The notes below the pieces were generated by a model. The model was given only the letters and a program-made list of their open reading frames with translations. It searched no databases and was not told the origin of the DNA. 64,000 nt of DNA from an uncultured Pseudomonadota bacterium (GTDB lineage: Bacteria; Myxococcota_A; Polyangia; Fen-1088). The stretch spans positions 1 through 64,000 of the forward strand of contig CAWKBC010000044.1 in assembly GCA_963847705.1 (NCBI GenBank). The letters are read 5' to 3'. Each line of letters opens with the position of its first letter. The stretch's first letter is position 1. Positions 1-8,842 of this stretch are shown piece after piece. Both the position numbers and the translations under genes were made by a program.

Positions 1-127
1 GGTGCTCGACCTTCTCGCCGTCGCCGCCGGCGCCCGGCCCGGCGATGTAGTCGACAAGGGCGCGCACGTTTGCCGCCTTGCTCTTGGGCGCTGCGGTCTG
101 CGAGGTGGCGATCTTCTTGACGATCAT
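1..127 (-). CDS. MOBP-type relaxase (MobA/TraI-like), N-terminal part only; runs off the window edge
   Basis: Manual translation from the ATG at 127 gives MIVKKIATSQTAAPKSKAANVRALVDYIAGPG..., resembling the RP4 TraI N-terminus with the catalytic Tyr motif (LVDYI). ATGA overlap with the upstream mobB-like gene. Confidence 0.8.
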   Translation of the reverse strand, partial: MIVKKIATSQTAAPKSKAANVRALVDYIAGPGAGGDGEKVEH

Positions 128-447
128 GACGCCGCTCCCTCACCGCTGGCGAGCCGCCGGATGGTGGCGTGCAGGGCAGCCAGGGCGGCGGCGGTCTCGC
201 GGCTGTAGGCGCCGCGGCTCTCGACGTGAACCATCTTGAGAAGGCCACCGAGGCGCCGCAGCTCGCGGATCGTGGTCGCGTCCGTACGCGACACGACGGG
301 CCGACCGAGCGCCCGCCGCCGCACCAGCTCCGCAACGACGATCCCGGCGGCTTCGGCGATCGCGCGGAGCTGCGCCTTCTCGCCGGGCGCCACGCGCACG
401 TCGAGACGTTCCGTAAGCCCGGTGGCGCCCTTCTTACGGAAGGGCAT
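124..447 (-). CDS. Relaxosome accessory ribbon-helix-helix protein (MobB/TraJ/NikA-like)
   Basis: MPFRKKGATGLTERLDVRVAPGEKAQLRAIAEAAG...ELRRLGGLLK. GGAGG RBS before ATG 447. Lies between oriT and the relaxase. Confidence 0.85.
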   Translation of the reverse strand: MPFRKKGATGLTERLDVRVAPGEKAQLRAIAEAAGIVVAELVRRRALGRPVVSRTDATTIRELRRLGGLLKMVHVESRGAYSRETAAALAALHATIRRLASGEGAAS

Positions 448-556
448 CGTCGGCGCCTCCGTTCTGATGGCTGCGAGAAGCGATAGCGCCGAGCATCTCC
501 GCCTCTGGCGAAGCCTCGCACGAGAGAAGCGGAGCGCCGAGCGGGCGGGGCGAAGC

Positions 557-616
557 GGGCCTTGGGAGGACACGTGCGGCGCCAGCCGCATGTGTCCGGA
601 CAAGGCCCCATCTTGC
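557..616 (+). promoter_or_regulatory. Putative oriT: inverted repeat followed by an RP4-family nick site
   Basis: GGGCCTTG-gga-GGACACGTGCGGC-gcca-GCCGCATGTGTCC-gga-CAAGGCCC (557-608) is followed directly by CATCTTG|C (609-616), one mismatch from YATCCTG|Y. It sits between divergent mob operons. Confidence 0.75.
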
Positions 617-822
617 TACTCCGAGATCCCACCGTGATGAGAGCCGGTTCGCGAGCCCTCGTTCCACATATGGGTTCTCGTCCACATACGGTTGTCGTCC
701 GCGAATGAAAAATGTTGCGGCCAACCAGCAACTTTTCCCGCGCGTGACCGACAACTACTAGCGGGGACCGCTTCACCACCGAACGCGGCCGGCCCGACGC
801 GAGCACCTTTCTGGAGGAGGTC

Positions 823-1299
823 ATGGACTACACGCTCGAAGCGGCCAGACGCTTGGCCGAGGACCTACGCGCCATACCCGCCAAGGACCCATCCAAGCGG
901 CGGCTCGACAAGCAGGGCATGGTGCGGGAGCTGGCGCAGGACCTAATCGCGCTCCAACAGCGCGGGTACACCATTGAGGAGGTCGCTGAGAGCCTGCGCG
1001 GGCGCGGGCTCGACATCACGACCCCCACCCTAAAGAACTATTTGCAGCGCGCCAAGGGCGCGGGCCGCAAGTCCCGGAAAGCGCGGCGGCCGACAGGGCC
1101 GCCGCGCCCGGGAGCCGAGACGGGCCAGGCGACGCGTGCGTCGTCTGTCCCGCGGGTCTCCGAGAGAGCCCCCCACGAACCAGGCCCGGTGCCGCCGTTA
1201 GCCAGAATGAAAGCCGAGACGCCACCGGTCCCGGCGCCGGAGTCTGAGCTCCGCAGCGGCAAGAGCGCGTTCCTCATCAAGGACAAAGAGAGCTACTGA
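823..1299 (+). CDS. MobC-like (TraK-analogous) mobilization accessory protein
   Basis: Strong GGAGGAG RBS. Helical DNA-binding-like region GYTIEEVAESLRGRGLDITTPTLKNYL. First gene of the divergent mobCDE-like operon. Confidence 0.7.
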   Translation: MDYTLEAARRLAEDLRAIPAKDPSKRRLDKQGMVRELAQDLIALQQRGYTIEEVAESLRGRGLDITTPTLKNYLQRAKGAGRKSRKARRPTGPPRPGAETGQATRASSVPRVSERAPHEPGPVPPLARMKAETPPVPAPESELRSGKSAFLIKDKESY

Positions 1300-1315
1300 C
1301 CGAAAGGACGGAACC

Positions 1316-2000
1316 ATGTCGAACACAATCTTTCTCGTTGGCGGCGGCAAGGGCGGCGTGGGCAAGTCGCTGATGTCGATGGCCCTGCTCGACTTCCTGC
1401 ACACCACTGGCCGGCGACCGTATCCTGGTCGAGACTGACACCTCGGTCCCTGACGTCTTCAAGACCTACGGGGAAGCGGTAGGGGGAGAGCTGGTGAACC
1501 TCGACGAGCGCGAGGGGTGGATCGATCTCGTCAACCTGGTCGAGAGCGGTCGCGAGAGCACCTTCGTCATCAACACTGGAGCCCGGAACCAGACCGGCAT
1601 CAGCAACTTTGGCCGCACGCTCTGCAAGGCGCTCCCGGAGCTGAGTCGAAAGCTGGTGGTCCTCTGGATGATCGACCGAAAGCGCGAGAGCCTCGAGCTG
1701 CTCTCCGATTTTCGAGAAGCCATCCCGGAAGCCGAGGTCCACGTCGTCCGGAACATGTACCTCGGCACCGAGAAGAAGTTCGAGCTCTACAACGGCTCGA
1801 AGATGAGAGCAGCAATCGAGTCGCGCGGCGGCAGGTCGCTGAACCTGCCCGAGCTGGCCGACCGCGTGACCGACGCCATGAACAAGGGCCGTCTTACCGT
1901 CGCGAGAGCCGCCGGCGAGCTGTCACTCGGCGATCGCATGGAGCTGGAGCGGTGGCGGGACGACTGCAAGGCGATGCTGTCCGAGGTCGCGGATGAGTGA
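1316..2000 (+). pseudogene. MobD/TraL-like P-loop ATPase with a +1 frameshift near 1421 (possibly a sequencing error)
   Basis: ATG 1316 gives MSNTIFLVGGGKGGVGKS (deviant Walker A) and stops at 1436-1438. Removing one base near 1421 joins it to ILVETDTSVPDVFKTY... and the 1494-2000 ORF. Confidence 0.8.
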
Positions 2001-2649
2001 CCTCGACGACAACTTTACCGCTCTCCTCGGGCGTCAGCCGACCGACAAGGAGAAGCAGTCCCTCTATCGGGTGCGCGACGCGCTGAAGCTCAAAGCGACG
2101 GACGCCGTATGGCTCCTGCTGATGGCGCTCCAGCACTACGAGACGCTCTATGAACGGTTCCCCGCTCGAATCGGGGAAGCAGCCCGGGAGGTCACCAAGA
2201 GCGTTCGAGACATGGCGCTCGCAGAGGCGCAGGCCGCGGCAGCGAAAACCAAGAGAGCGCTCGCGGAGGCGGTCCGAGAAGCCGCGGTGGCCTCCGCCCA
2301 GCGCGCCGCCGGAGCGCAGCTCTGGAAATGGGTGAGCATCGCCGCGACCACCCTCACGTTGTCGCTCGTCATCACCACCTGGTGGCAGTTCCGTCGGGGC
2401 GACCGCGCCGGTTTTGCCAGCGGGTGGACAGAAGCGACGAAGCAGTGCGCGAGCGCCGCAGCGGCGGCATCGTGGGCGAACACGCCCGAAGGGCAGCTCG
2501 CCTATAGGCTCGCCCAAGCGGGCAGCCTCCGCGATCTCGCGACCTGCTCGGGTCGCGGATGGATCGCGAAGGATGGAACCTGCTTCGCGCAACCCGAACA
2601 CGGCCGGGTGCACGGCTGGCGCCTCCCATCCCGTCCGGACGCGGATTAG
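1993..2649 (+). CDS. MobE/TraM-like mobilization protein with one TM helix
   Basis: MSDLDDNFTALLGRQPTDKEKQSLYRVRDALKLKATDAVWLLLMALQHY resembles MobE N-termini. Overlaps the mobD stop codon. Confidence 0.7.
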   Translation: MSDLDDNFTALLGRQPTDKEKQSLYRVRDALKLKATDAVWLLLMALQHYETLYERFPARIGEAAREVTKSVRDMALAEAQAAAAKTKRALAEAVREAAVASAQRAAGAQLWKWVSIAATTLTLSLVITTWWQFRRGDRAGFASGWTEATKQCASAAAAASWANTPEGQLAYRLAQAGSLRDLATCSGRGWIAKDGTCFAQPEHGRVHGWRLPSRPDAD

Positions 2650-2652
2650 CTC

Positions 2653-3363
2653 ATGACGCTCGACGCGCTCTTGCGCGCCCTCATTCGAGAAGCTCTGCAG
2701 GAAGAACTGCGTGGGTTCTCGCAGGCTCGCCTGTCGTCGGCCAACGACAACGCTCACCCCACCGACGCACCGATGACGACCGCCGAGGCCGCCCGGTACT
2801 GCGGCTTCAAGAGCACGGCCGCCATCCGAAAGGCAGTTCGTGACGGCCGGCTCGTCCCGCTCGGGCGGCGCGGCGGAACGGGAACCTATATGTGGTCGCG
2901 GCACGCGTTAGATGCGTTCCTGGCCGGTGCGCGCGGTGCTATCGTTCCGCTCGGACGTCCAGGTGCGCCTCTCAGCAGGATCGGAGGCACGCATGGAAAC
3001 GAAATGGATCAGGAGATGGAACTCGTGGATCGCGGCAAGGCCCGTCAAGCCGGGCGTATTCCGCAGGAAGGAGGGGGGCTTTCTCATCCGGGGAAAATCG
3101 ACCGATCCCCGAACGGGAAGGCGAGTGGAAATCCGCATGAACCTGCCGCACACCGACGCGTCGGCGGCGTACCTCGCGCTTCAACAGGAGATCGCGAACG
3201 TGCGGGAAGGCAGCCGTCCCCAAAAGACGACGAAGATCCGATTCAGCGACTACGTCGTCTCGCTTTTCGAACGAAAGATTCGGAAGCGGAAGATCAAGTC
3301 GATGAAATCGAGAGAGGTCTGGTTCAACGTGATGAAGGTCCACCTTCTCCCCGCGTTCGGTGA
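2653..3363 (+). CDS. Excisionase-like helix-turn-helix protein; ORF tail overlaps the integrase
   Basis: MTTAEAARYCGFKSTAAIRKAVRDGRL is an HTH_17/MerR-like motif. Lies immediately upstream of the integrase. Confidence 0.65.
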   Translation: MTLDALLRALIREALQEELRGFSQARLSSANDNAHPTDAPMTTAEAARYCGFKSTAAIRKAVRDGRLVPLGRRGGTGTYMWSRHALDAFLAGARGAIVPLGRPGAPLSRIGGTHGNEMDQEMELVDRGKARQAGRIPQEGGGLSHPGKIDRSPNGKASGNPHEPAAHRRVGGVPRASTGDRERAGRQPSPKDDEDPIQRLRRLAFRTKDSEAEDQVDEIERGLVQRDEGPPSPRVR

Positions 3364-4309
3364 ATTCTTCATCGACACGATACGCCGCCAAGACGTCGAG
3401 AAGTGGTTCGACGGCGAGGCCAAGCGCGTCGAGTCAGGTGAATATTCGCCGGTCACGGCGAACAATTGGCTGCGCACGCTCAAGGTCATCATGAGCGCCG
3501 CCACCAAGGAATTCGAATGGCAGAGGGATCCCGCCGCTGGCATCGAATATCTCGATACCAGCACGCACGCGACCTACACGGAGGAGCAGCCGAACTCCCT
3601 TTCACCCGGCGAGGTTTCCCGTTTCCTGTCGCTCGTGAGAGAGCGCCACCCGCAGCACTTCGCCATGGTGGCCCTCGGCATCGCAACAGGACTCAGGCCA
3701 TCCAGCCTGCGCCCTCTGCGTCGCCGCGGTCCACAAACCGACGTGCTGTGGAACGAGAACGTGCTCCTCGTTCGCCAATCCCAGACACGCGGACCCGAGA
3801 TCATGGAGTGCACCAAGCAGGGGACCCGGTACCGTCTGACGCTTCCCCAAGAACTAATCGACATCCTTCGATGGCATGTCGATCAGCTACCGGAGGGGCC
3901 GATGAGGGACTCCGATCTCCTGTTCCCTGGCAAGCAGGGCGGGTTCAGAACGGCGTCCGTCTTCGCGAAACCGTTCGACGACGTCTGCGAGGTGATGGGC
4001 CTGAAAAAGAAGATCACGGCGCGTGCCATGCGTCGGACCTTTCAGGACCTCGCCCGTGAGGCCAACATCGACAGCATCGTGAAGCGGAACATCTGCGGAC
4101 ACGCGACGGAGAAGATGTCCGAGCTCTACAGCACCGTGCGCCAGCAGGAAATCGAGGAGGCGGTAGGGAAGGTCATCTCCCTGGCCGGGTATCGCGGGCT
4201 GGCGGCGGGCCAGGGTGGGTATGCATTGGGTATGCATGCCAAAAATGGCCCTTCCGAGGGCTCGGACGAGGCACCAGAAGCAGAGACGAAAATCGGTCTA
4301 ACCCATTGA
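2993..4309 (+). CDS. Tyrosine recombinase / integrase
   Basis: GGAGG RBS then METKWIRR. Catalytic motifs GLRPSSL (R), TKQG (K), ARAMRRTF (RxxR in place of HxxR), CGHAT (H), LYST (Y). Confidence 0.92.
   Translation: METKWIRRWNSWIAARPVKPGVFRRKEGGFLIRGKSTDPRTGRRVEIRMNLPHTDASAAYLALQQEIANVREGSRPQKTTKIRFSDYVVSLFERKIRKRKIKSMKSREVWFNVMKVHLLPAFGEFFIDTIRRQDVEKWFDGEAKRVESGEYSPVTANNWLRTLKVIMSAATKEFEWQRDPAAGIEYLDTSTHATYTEEQPNSLSPGEVSRFLSLVRERHPQHFAMVALGIATGLRPSSLRPLRRRGPQTDVLWNENVLLVRQSQTRGPEIMECTKQGTRYRLTLPQELIDILRWHVDQLPEGPMRDSDLLFPGKQGGFRTASVFAKPFDDVCEVMGLKKKITARAMRRTFQDLAREANIDSIVKRNICGHATEKMSELYSTVRQQEIEEAVGKVISLAGYRGLAAGQGGYALGMHAKNGPSEGSDEAPEAETKIGLTH
4216..4237 (+). repeat. Perfect 11-bp tandem repeat TGGGTATGCAT x2; candidate integrase arm-type sites
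   Basis: Copies at 4216-4226 and 4227-4237, inside the integrase 3' end about 110 bp from the tRNA. Confidence 0.6.
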
Positions 4310-4334
4310 CTTGGAAGGAAAATAAAGACATAAG
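4306..4334 (+). promoter_or_regulatory. Putative sigma70 promoter for tRNA-Gly, overlapping the integrase stop codon
   Basis: TTGACT (4306-4311), 17 bp spacer, CATAAG (4329-4334), ending 10 bp before the tRNA. AT-rich patch in a GC-rich background. Confidence 0.5.
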
Positions 4335-4344
4335 ACGGTCACTC

Positions 4345-4420
4345 GCGGGATTAACTCAGTTGGTAGAGTGTCAGCTTCCCAAGCTGAATGTCGGCGGTTC
4401 GAACCCGCTATCCCGCTCCA
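4345..4420 (+). tRNA. tRNA-Gly (CCC)
   Basis: Acceptor stem GCGGGAT/ATCCCGC, D arm ACTC/GAGT, anticodon loop TTCCCAA, T loop TTCGAAC, discriminator T, encoded CCA; 76 nt. Confidence 0.98.
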
Positions 4421-4612
4421 TCGTAACTGCGCCGGCAGCCAGGGTTTCCAGCGATTCGTGATCGCCGGGTGATCCAGCCTCCCCTCTGGCCAGACACACA
4501 ATAGACACAGGCGGGTCCGCGGCTGCCGCAGGATTGGAGGCGGGCGCCTCGTCCTCGATGGTCGCAGGAGCGCCGAAGGTCAGACGATCGATCTCCTTCC
4601 GGAGATACGAAT

Positions 4613-5075
4613 TCAGCCGCCGGGACCGTCCGCCATCAGCTCACGCTCTAGGTTGTCCACCTTGAGCTCCAGTTCGGCCGCGTCGGCCACGACCATGTTC
4701 GCGTCCCGAATCAGCGCCCACGCGCCGCTCGACTCCCTGCGAAAGATCGACAGTGCTGGACCTTTTTGCACCTTGGCCGCGCTGCCGTCGAGGGGAGTGG
4801 CGGTGACCATCAGAATCGGCCCAGCAGTAGCCGAGATCGCCCGAGACCCTCACCTCGCGCACTCTGCCGCTGGAACGAATCGTGTGAGTCTTCAGAGCTT
4901 CGGCCAGGCTCTGCGCGAAGCTGACGCGTCCGCGGATGGGGGGCCGCTCTGGCGCCAAGAAGGTCGCGTCCTCCGCCATGAGCCGCAGCACCGTCGCCAC
5001 GTCGCTCTCCGTCGTCGCCCGGTGCCAGGTCTCAACGATCTTCCGGATAGCGGCCTCGTCCGCGGTCTCTTCCAT
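4613..5075 (-). pseudogene. SnoaL/NTF2-like (DUF4440, SgcJ/EcaC-like) protein with a +1 frameshift near 4815
   Basis: DEAAIRKIVETWHRAT...GDLGYCWAD continues as LMVTATP...LSIFRRESSGAWALIRDAN once one base is removed. Confidence 0.8.
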
Positions 5076-5157
5076 GGTTGCCTGCCTCCCGATCCTCGAT
5101 GATGTGCATCAGGAGGCCGAACGGATAGGGAAGGAGAGCGTCAGAACCGAGGTGGAC

Positions 5158-5325
5158 TCAGCGTTGGTGTTCGGGAGAGCTGGAACCCCGGGTCGCCTCC
5201 GGTGAGCGCGGACCGATGGCTTGTCGGGGCGCCACACCGCATGCGCGCAGTGCGAGCACCACCAGTGTGAGTAACCACGCTCCGCCAAGGGCCAACCCTT
5301 CCAGAACGGCGTGCGCGAGGGACAT
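5158..5325 (-). CDS. Possible 55-aa membrane peptide
   Basis: Manual translation MSLAHAVLEGLALGGAWLLTLVVLALRACG...; shorter than any ORF in the track. No clear RBS. Confidence 0.25.
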   Translation of the reverse strand: MSLAHAVLEGLALGGAWLLTLVVLALRACGVAPRQAIGPRSPEATRGSSSPEHQR

Positions 5326-5423
5326 GACGCGAGTAACGTGCGCTCACATGGACCCGAGTCAAGCGGTCGGTGTTGCGGCCCGCTCGGCCGCAGCCGAACC
5401 GGCGCTGTGCCCATCCGGACGAC

Positions 5424-6878
5424 CTACTGTGGCGGCGGACCAGCCAGCCGGATCTCATCCGGGTCGCTGCCGACGGGGACTCGTTTGCGACGGAACGGGC
5501 TCACCCGTGCGGTCGCCGCCGGCAGCTCGACGACGAAGGTGCAGCCAGCGTTTCTGGCCGACCGAACGGTCACGCTCCCGCGGTGTGCCTCGGCGATCCG
5601 CTTTACGGTTGCCAGACCGAGGCCAATGCCCGGCTGGGTTCGGTCCCCGCCACGGACGTACGGGTCGAATGCCCTATCGCCCAGATCCGCGGGGAGGCCG
5701 GGGCCATTGTCCTCGACCTCGATCCGAACCCGCCCACAACCGGTCCGATCTTCGATCGCCTGAGCACGAACGACGATGCGTGGCGAGGAGCCTGCGCCCG
5801 CGTATTTGACTGCGTTCTGCAAGAGGTTCGAGACGAGACTTGCGAGAATGCCGGTGTCGCAGGCAACCTCCGCCCCCGCCTCGAGCTCGGAGACGATGGC
5901 GATGTTGCGTTCCGTGGTCCCTTGCGAGAGCTCCTCGATGACGCCGGCAACCACGGCGGCCACGTCGGCATTGGCGCCCGCTTCCGGCTGGGCGCCGGCG
6001 CGCGCGAAGGCCAGCAGACCATCACTTATCAGACGCGAGTGGAGAATCCCCGATCGTCCTGCCTCTATCGCGCGCGCAGCGCGTTCGGGCGAGACGTTCC
6101 CTCGCGCGAGCAGATCGAGCGCCAATCCGGCTGCCGAGAGCGGGCCGAGCACGTCGTGCGCCACTCGCCCGGCGAAGGCTTCCAGTTCTTCGGAGCGCCG
6201 CTCGAGCAGCGCCGTATAGCGTCGCACCAGCCGCCAGGCAAGGAAGCTCGTTGCCAGTGTCAGAGCGAGACTGAGTCCGTCCAGCCCGATCGCGTTGATC
6301 ACCGCCCGACGTCCCAAACGATCAATAGTCCTACCGAGCTCACGCACGCGGCCGGCGTTAAAGTCGATCAGCCGCAACACCGCCGTATCGAGCCGGCTCG
6401 CCATCGGCTGAAGCTCTTTCTCCAGTGCCACCTGCACGCCAGTGTGGTCCCCGGATTGATCGCTCTGCTCGATTCTCCGAATCTCGTGCACGAAGTCATC
6501 CTTGGCCCGCTCCGCGGGCCCGACGAGCTCGCTCTCGCCTGTGAAGGACGGCAGCCCACGATATGCTCTCCAATCCTCCTCCAGTGCGGCAAGGGCGTTG
6601 TCGATCCGATTCTGTTCGAAGTGAGGTCGACCTCTCAGCGCCGCGTCCACGTCGACGTCCCCGAGAAGCGTGATCCGGCGGAGATCGGTTCGCAGCATCG
6701 AGAGATGTTCAACGCTGGGCGCCGCGTCGCCAGCGATCAGCTCAGCGGCCCGCCGTATCGCAATGTCATTTCTGTCGGCGATGGCGGTCGAGACGAGGAA
6801 CGCCGCGGCGACGACGCCGAACGCGACCAGCAACGTACGGCCTGACGAATCGACCTTACATCTGTCGGCGCCCACCAT
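5424..6878 (-). CDS. Membrane sensor histidine kinase
   Basis: Two TM helices around a helical periplasmic domain. H box AHDVLGPL, N box NLLQNAVKY, G boxes DNGPG and GIGLGL. Confidence 0.9.
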   Translation of the reverse strand: MVGADRCKVDSSGRTLLVAFGVVAAAFLVSTAIADRNDIAIRRAAELIAGDAAPSVEHLSMLRTDLRRITLLGDVDVDAALRGRPHFEQNRIDNALAALEEDWRAYRGLPSFTGESELVGPAERAKDDFVHEIRRIEQSDQSGDHTGVQVALEKELQPMASRLDTAVLRLIDFNAGRVRELGRTIDRLGRRAVINAIGLDGLSLALTLATSFLAWRLVRRYTALLERRSEELEAFAGRVAHDVLGPLSAAGLALDLLARGNVSPERAARAIEAGRSGILHSRLISDGLLAFARAGAQPEAGANADVAAVVAGVIEELSQGTTERNIAIVSELEAGAEVACDTGILASLVSNLLQNAVKYAGAGSSPRIVVRAQAIEDRTGCGRVRIEVEDNGPGLPADLGDRAFDPYVRGGDRTQPGIGLGLATVKRIAEAHRGSVTVRSARNAGCTFVVELPAATARVSPFRRKRVPVGSDPDEIRLAGPPPQ

Positions 6879-7140
6879 CTGTTGCTAGCACCATGTCGGT
6901 GGGCGGCAACTCGGGTCGAGCACGGATGGCTGTCTCTATCTTACAGCGCAAAGCCCGGAAGCGCCCCCGACCGAGACCGATCGTCAACGATTTGTCCGCC
7001 TCGAAGGAAGGCCGTCAAATCTCTCCACGCGGTCGTGCGGCTCGCCACATACCTGGAGTCGGACGGCTGTGCTGGACCAGAGTCTGGCATTCCGCCGGGG
7101 ATTTGGACGGCCCGACGAGGCTGCTGAGTACTGGCGATTG

Positions 7141-7154
7141 GGCGCAAGCCTTGC
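7141..7154 (+). promoter_or_regulatory. Putative sigma54 -24/-12 promoter
   Basis: GG-CGCAAGCCTT-GC (GG-N10-GC with TTGC). An ATG 15 nt downstream (7169) opens a 43-aa ORF coupled by ATGA to the ORF at 7297. Confidence 0.45.
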
Positions 7155-7296
7155 TTGCAAGCACCCCGATGCACGAAGAGCTGTTGGAGGTTCTGGACGC
7201 CCCGATGCGAGCGGGAGGGTGGGCCGAGCCGGCGGCGCCTCCAGGTGAATCAATGTCTCCCAGGTCGACTCGCATCGAGCGAGCCCCAGAACCGCG

Positions 7297-7512
7297 ATGA
7301 TCGGATCCGACCAGGACTGCCCGCCCGACAGTCCCTCTGCGGCCTGGCTGGCGCACTACGAGGAGGCGTCGAAGCGGCGGCGCGCGCGCGGTTCGCGAAG
7401 GTCGAGACATTGGTTCAGGAAGACTCGTCGCAGGGAGCGGATGGTGGTCATCACGACACTCGCTATCGTCGTGGCGGCGCTGGCAACGCTCTTCGCCGTG
7501 ATGTTCAAGTGA
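7297..7512 (+). CDS. Small protein with C-terminal TM helix
   Basis: Basic stretch followed by MVVITTLAIVVAALATLFAVMFK. Confidence 0.5.
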   Translation: MIGSDQDCPPDSPSAAWLAHYEEASKRRRARGSRRSRHWFRKTRRRERMVVITTLAIVVAALATLFAVMFK

Positions 7513-8842
7513 TCTGCCAGGGGACATCGATCCCGCGAGGAAGACTCAAGAGAAAAGACGACCCACCGCCGGGGGTGCTTTCAACCGCGACGCGGCCCTG
7601 GTGCGCGACCGCAATCGCCTTGACCAGGCTGAGACCGAGACCGAGGCCCCGTTCGGCGCGGCTCGAATCCACCCGAAACAGCCGGTCCCAGATTCGGGGG
7701 ATCGCCTCGGCGGGGATGCCTCGGCCGGTGTCACGAACGCGGAACTGCGCCTGCCCGTCGGCCGCAACGACCTCGATCTCCACGCGACCGCCGCGCGGCG
7801 TGTACTTGACTGCGTTGTCCACCAAATTCGCCAAGGCCTGGCGTATCCGGGTCCCGTCAGCCGTGATTGTCATCGGGACACCCGGCAGCAAGGACAACGT
7901 CACGCCGGCCTCGTCGGCCACCTGTTCGTACAGATCGACCGTCTCTCGCGCGAGGGCGCGCAGCTCGACGGGACCGAGGCTCAGCTTCATGATTCCGGCC
8001 TCGGCCTCCGAGATATCCATCAAGGTGCGCAGCATGACCAAAGCGCGGTCCGATTCTTCGATGCAGTCGGCCAGCGCCTCCGGTGCCTGAGCGGGATCGT
8101 CGGAGCGCAAGGCGACCTCGGCGATCCCACGCAATCGGGTCAGCGGCGTGCGCAGATCGTGCGCCACGTTGTCCAGCGCCTCGCGCATGCTCCGGACCAG
8201 CGCCTGGTTGCTCTCCAGCATGCGATTGACCAGCGACGTCAGCTCACCGAGCTCGCCGCCGGCACGCACCTCCACGCGGCGGGAGAGATCGCCCGACTGG
8301 ATCACGGCGCGCGCCGTGGATGCCAGGGCCCCGACGGGGCGCAGGGAACGCCTGGTCAGGACGACCCCACCCGCGATCCCGATGAGGAGGCACCCGATCA
8401 GCACTGACAGAACCGCGGAGGTGAGCGGGGGGCCAAGCCGCGTCCACGGATTCACGGCGGAGGCGACCTCGAGACGCAGGTCGCTGCTGACCGAGGTCGA
8501 GACACGGACCGCCGCATCTTCGACGACGCCGTGCTGATAGAGGGTGTGGCCCGTTCCGTCTTGAACGCGCACGGTGTTGTGGTCGCCTTCGAGCTGGGTC
8601 GCGCTTTCGACCGCCTCCTCGAACCTCGGCAATCCGACGCGACCGAGCACCTCGCTGTGGCGCTCGAGCCGCTCATGGACAACGACCTCGTCAGAACGAA
8701 AGACGGCCCGGCGAATCTCGTAGAGCGCAAAAGTGCCCACGAGGGCAAAGCCGATCAGGAGGGTGCCAGCGTACCAAGCGCTGAGGCGGAACGTGATCGA
8801 CCGGAAAGGAGAACGCGAAGATTCACTTTTTCCGAAGGACAT
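7505..8842 (-). CDS. HAMP-domain sensor histidine kinase (CusS/OmpR-family partner)
   Basis: TM-HAMP, VAHDLRTPL, NLVDNAVKY, DTGRG, GLGLGL. Confidence 0.92.
   Translation of the reverse strand: MSFGKSESSRSPFRSITFRLSAWYAGTLLIGFALVGTFALYEIRRAVFRSDEVVVHERLERHSEVLGRVGLPRFEEAVESATQLEGDHNTVRVQDGTGHTLYQHGVVEDAAVRVSTSVSSDLRLEVASAVNPWTRLGPPLTSAVLSVLIGCLLIGIAGGVVLTRRSLRPVGALASTARAVIQSGDLSRRVEVRAGGELGELTSLVNRMLESNQALVRSMREALDNVAHDLRTPLTRLRGIAEVALRSDDPAQAPEALADCIEESDRALVMLRTLMDISEAEAGIMKLSLGPVELRALARETVDLYEQVADEAGVTLSLLPGVPMTITADGTRIRQALANLVDNAVKYTPRGGRVEIEVVAADGQAQFRVRDTGRGIPAEAIPRIWDRLFRVDSSRAERGLGLGLSLVKAIAVAHQGRVAVESTPGGGSSFLLSLPRGIDVPWQIT

Larger units (their letters stand above)
1..4344. mobile_element. 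Right end of an integrative mobilizable element next to tRNA-Gly
   Basis: Relaxase, oriT, mobBCDE-like genes, xis and integrase abut a tRNA gene. The other boundary lies outside the window. Confidence 0.85.

Noticed and set aside
1421-1428. TATCCTG RP4 nick-like heptamer
   Set aside because: Inside mobD with no adjacent inverted repeat; the 557-616 site has the proper architecture.
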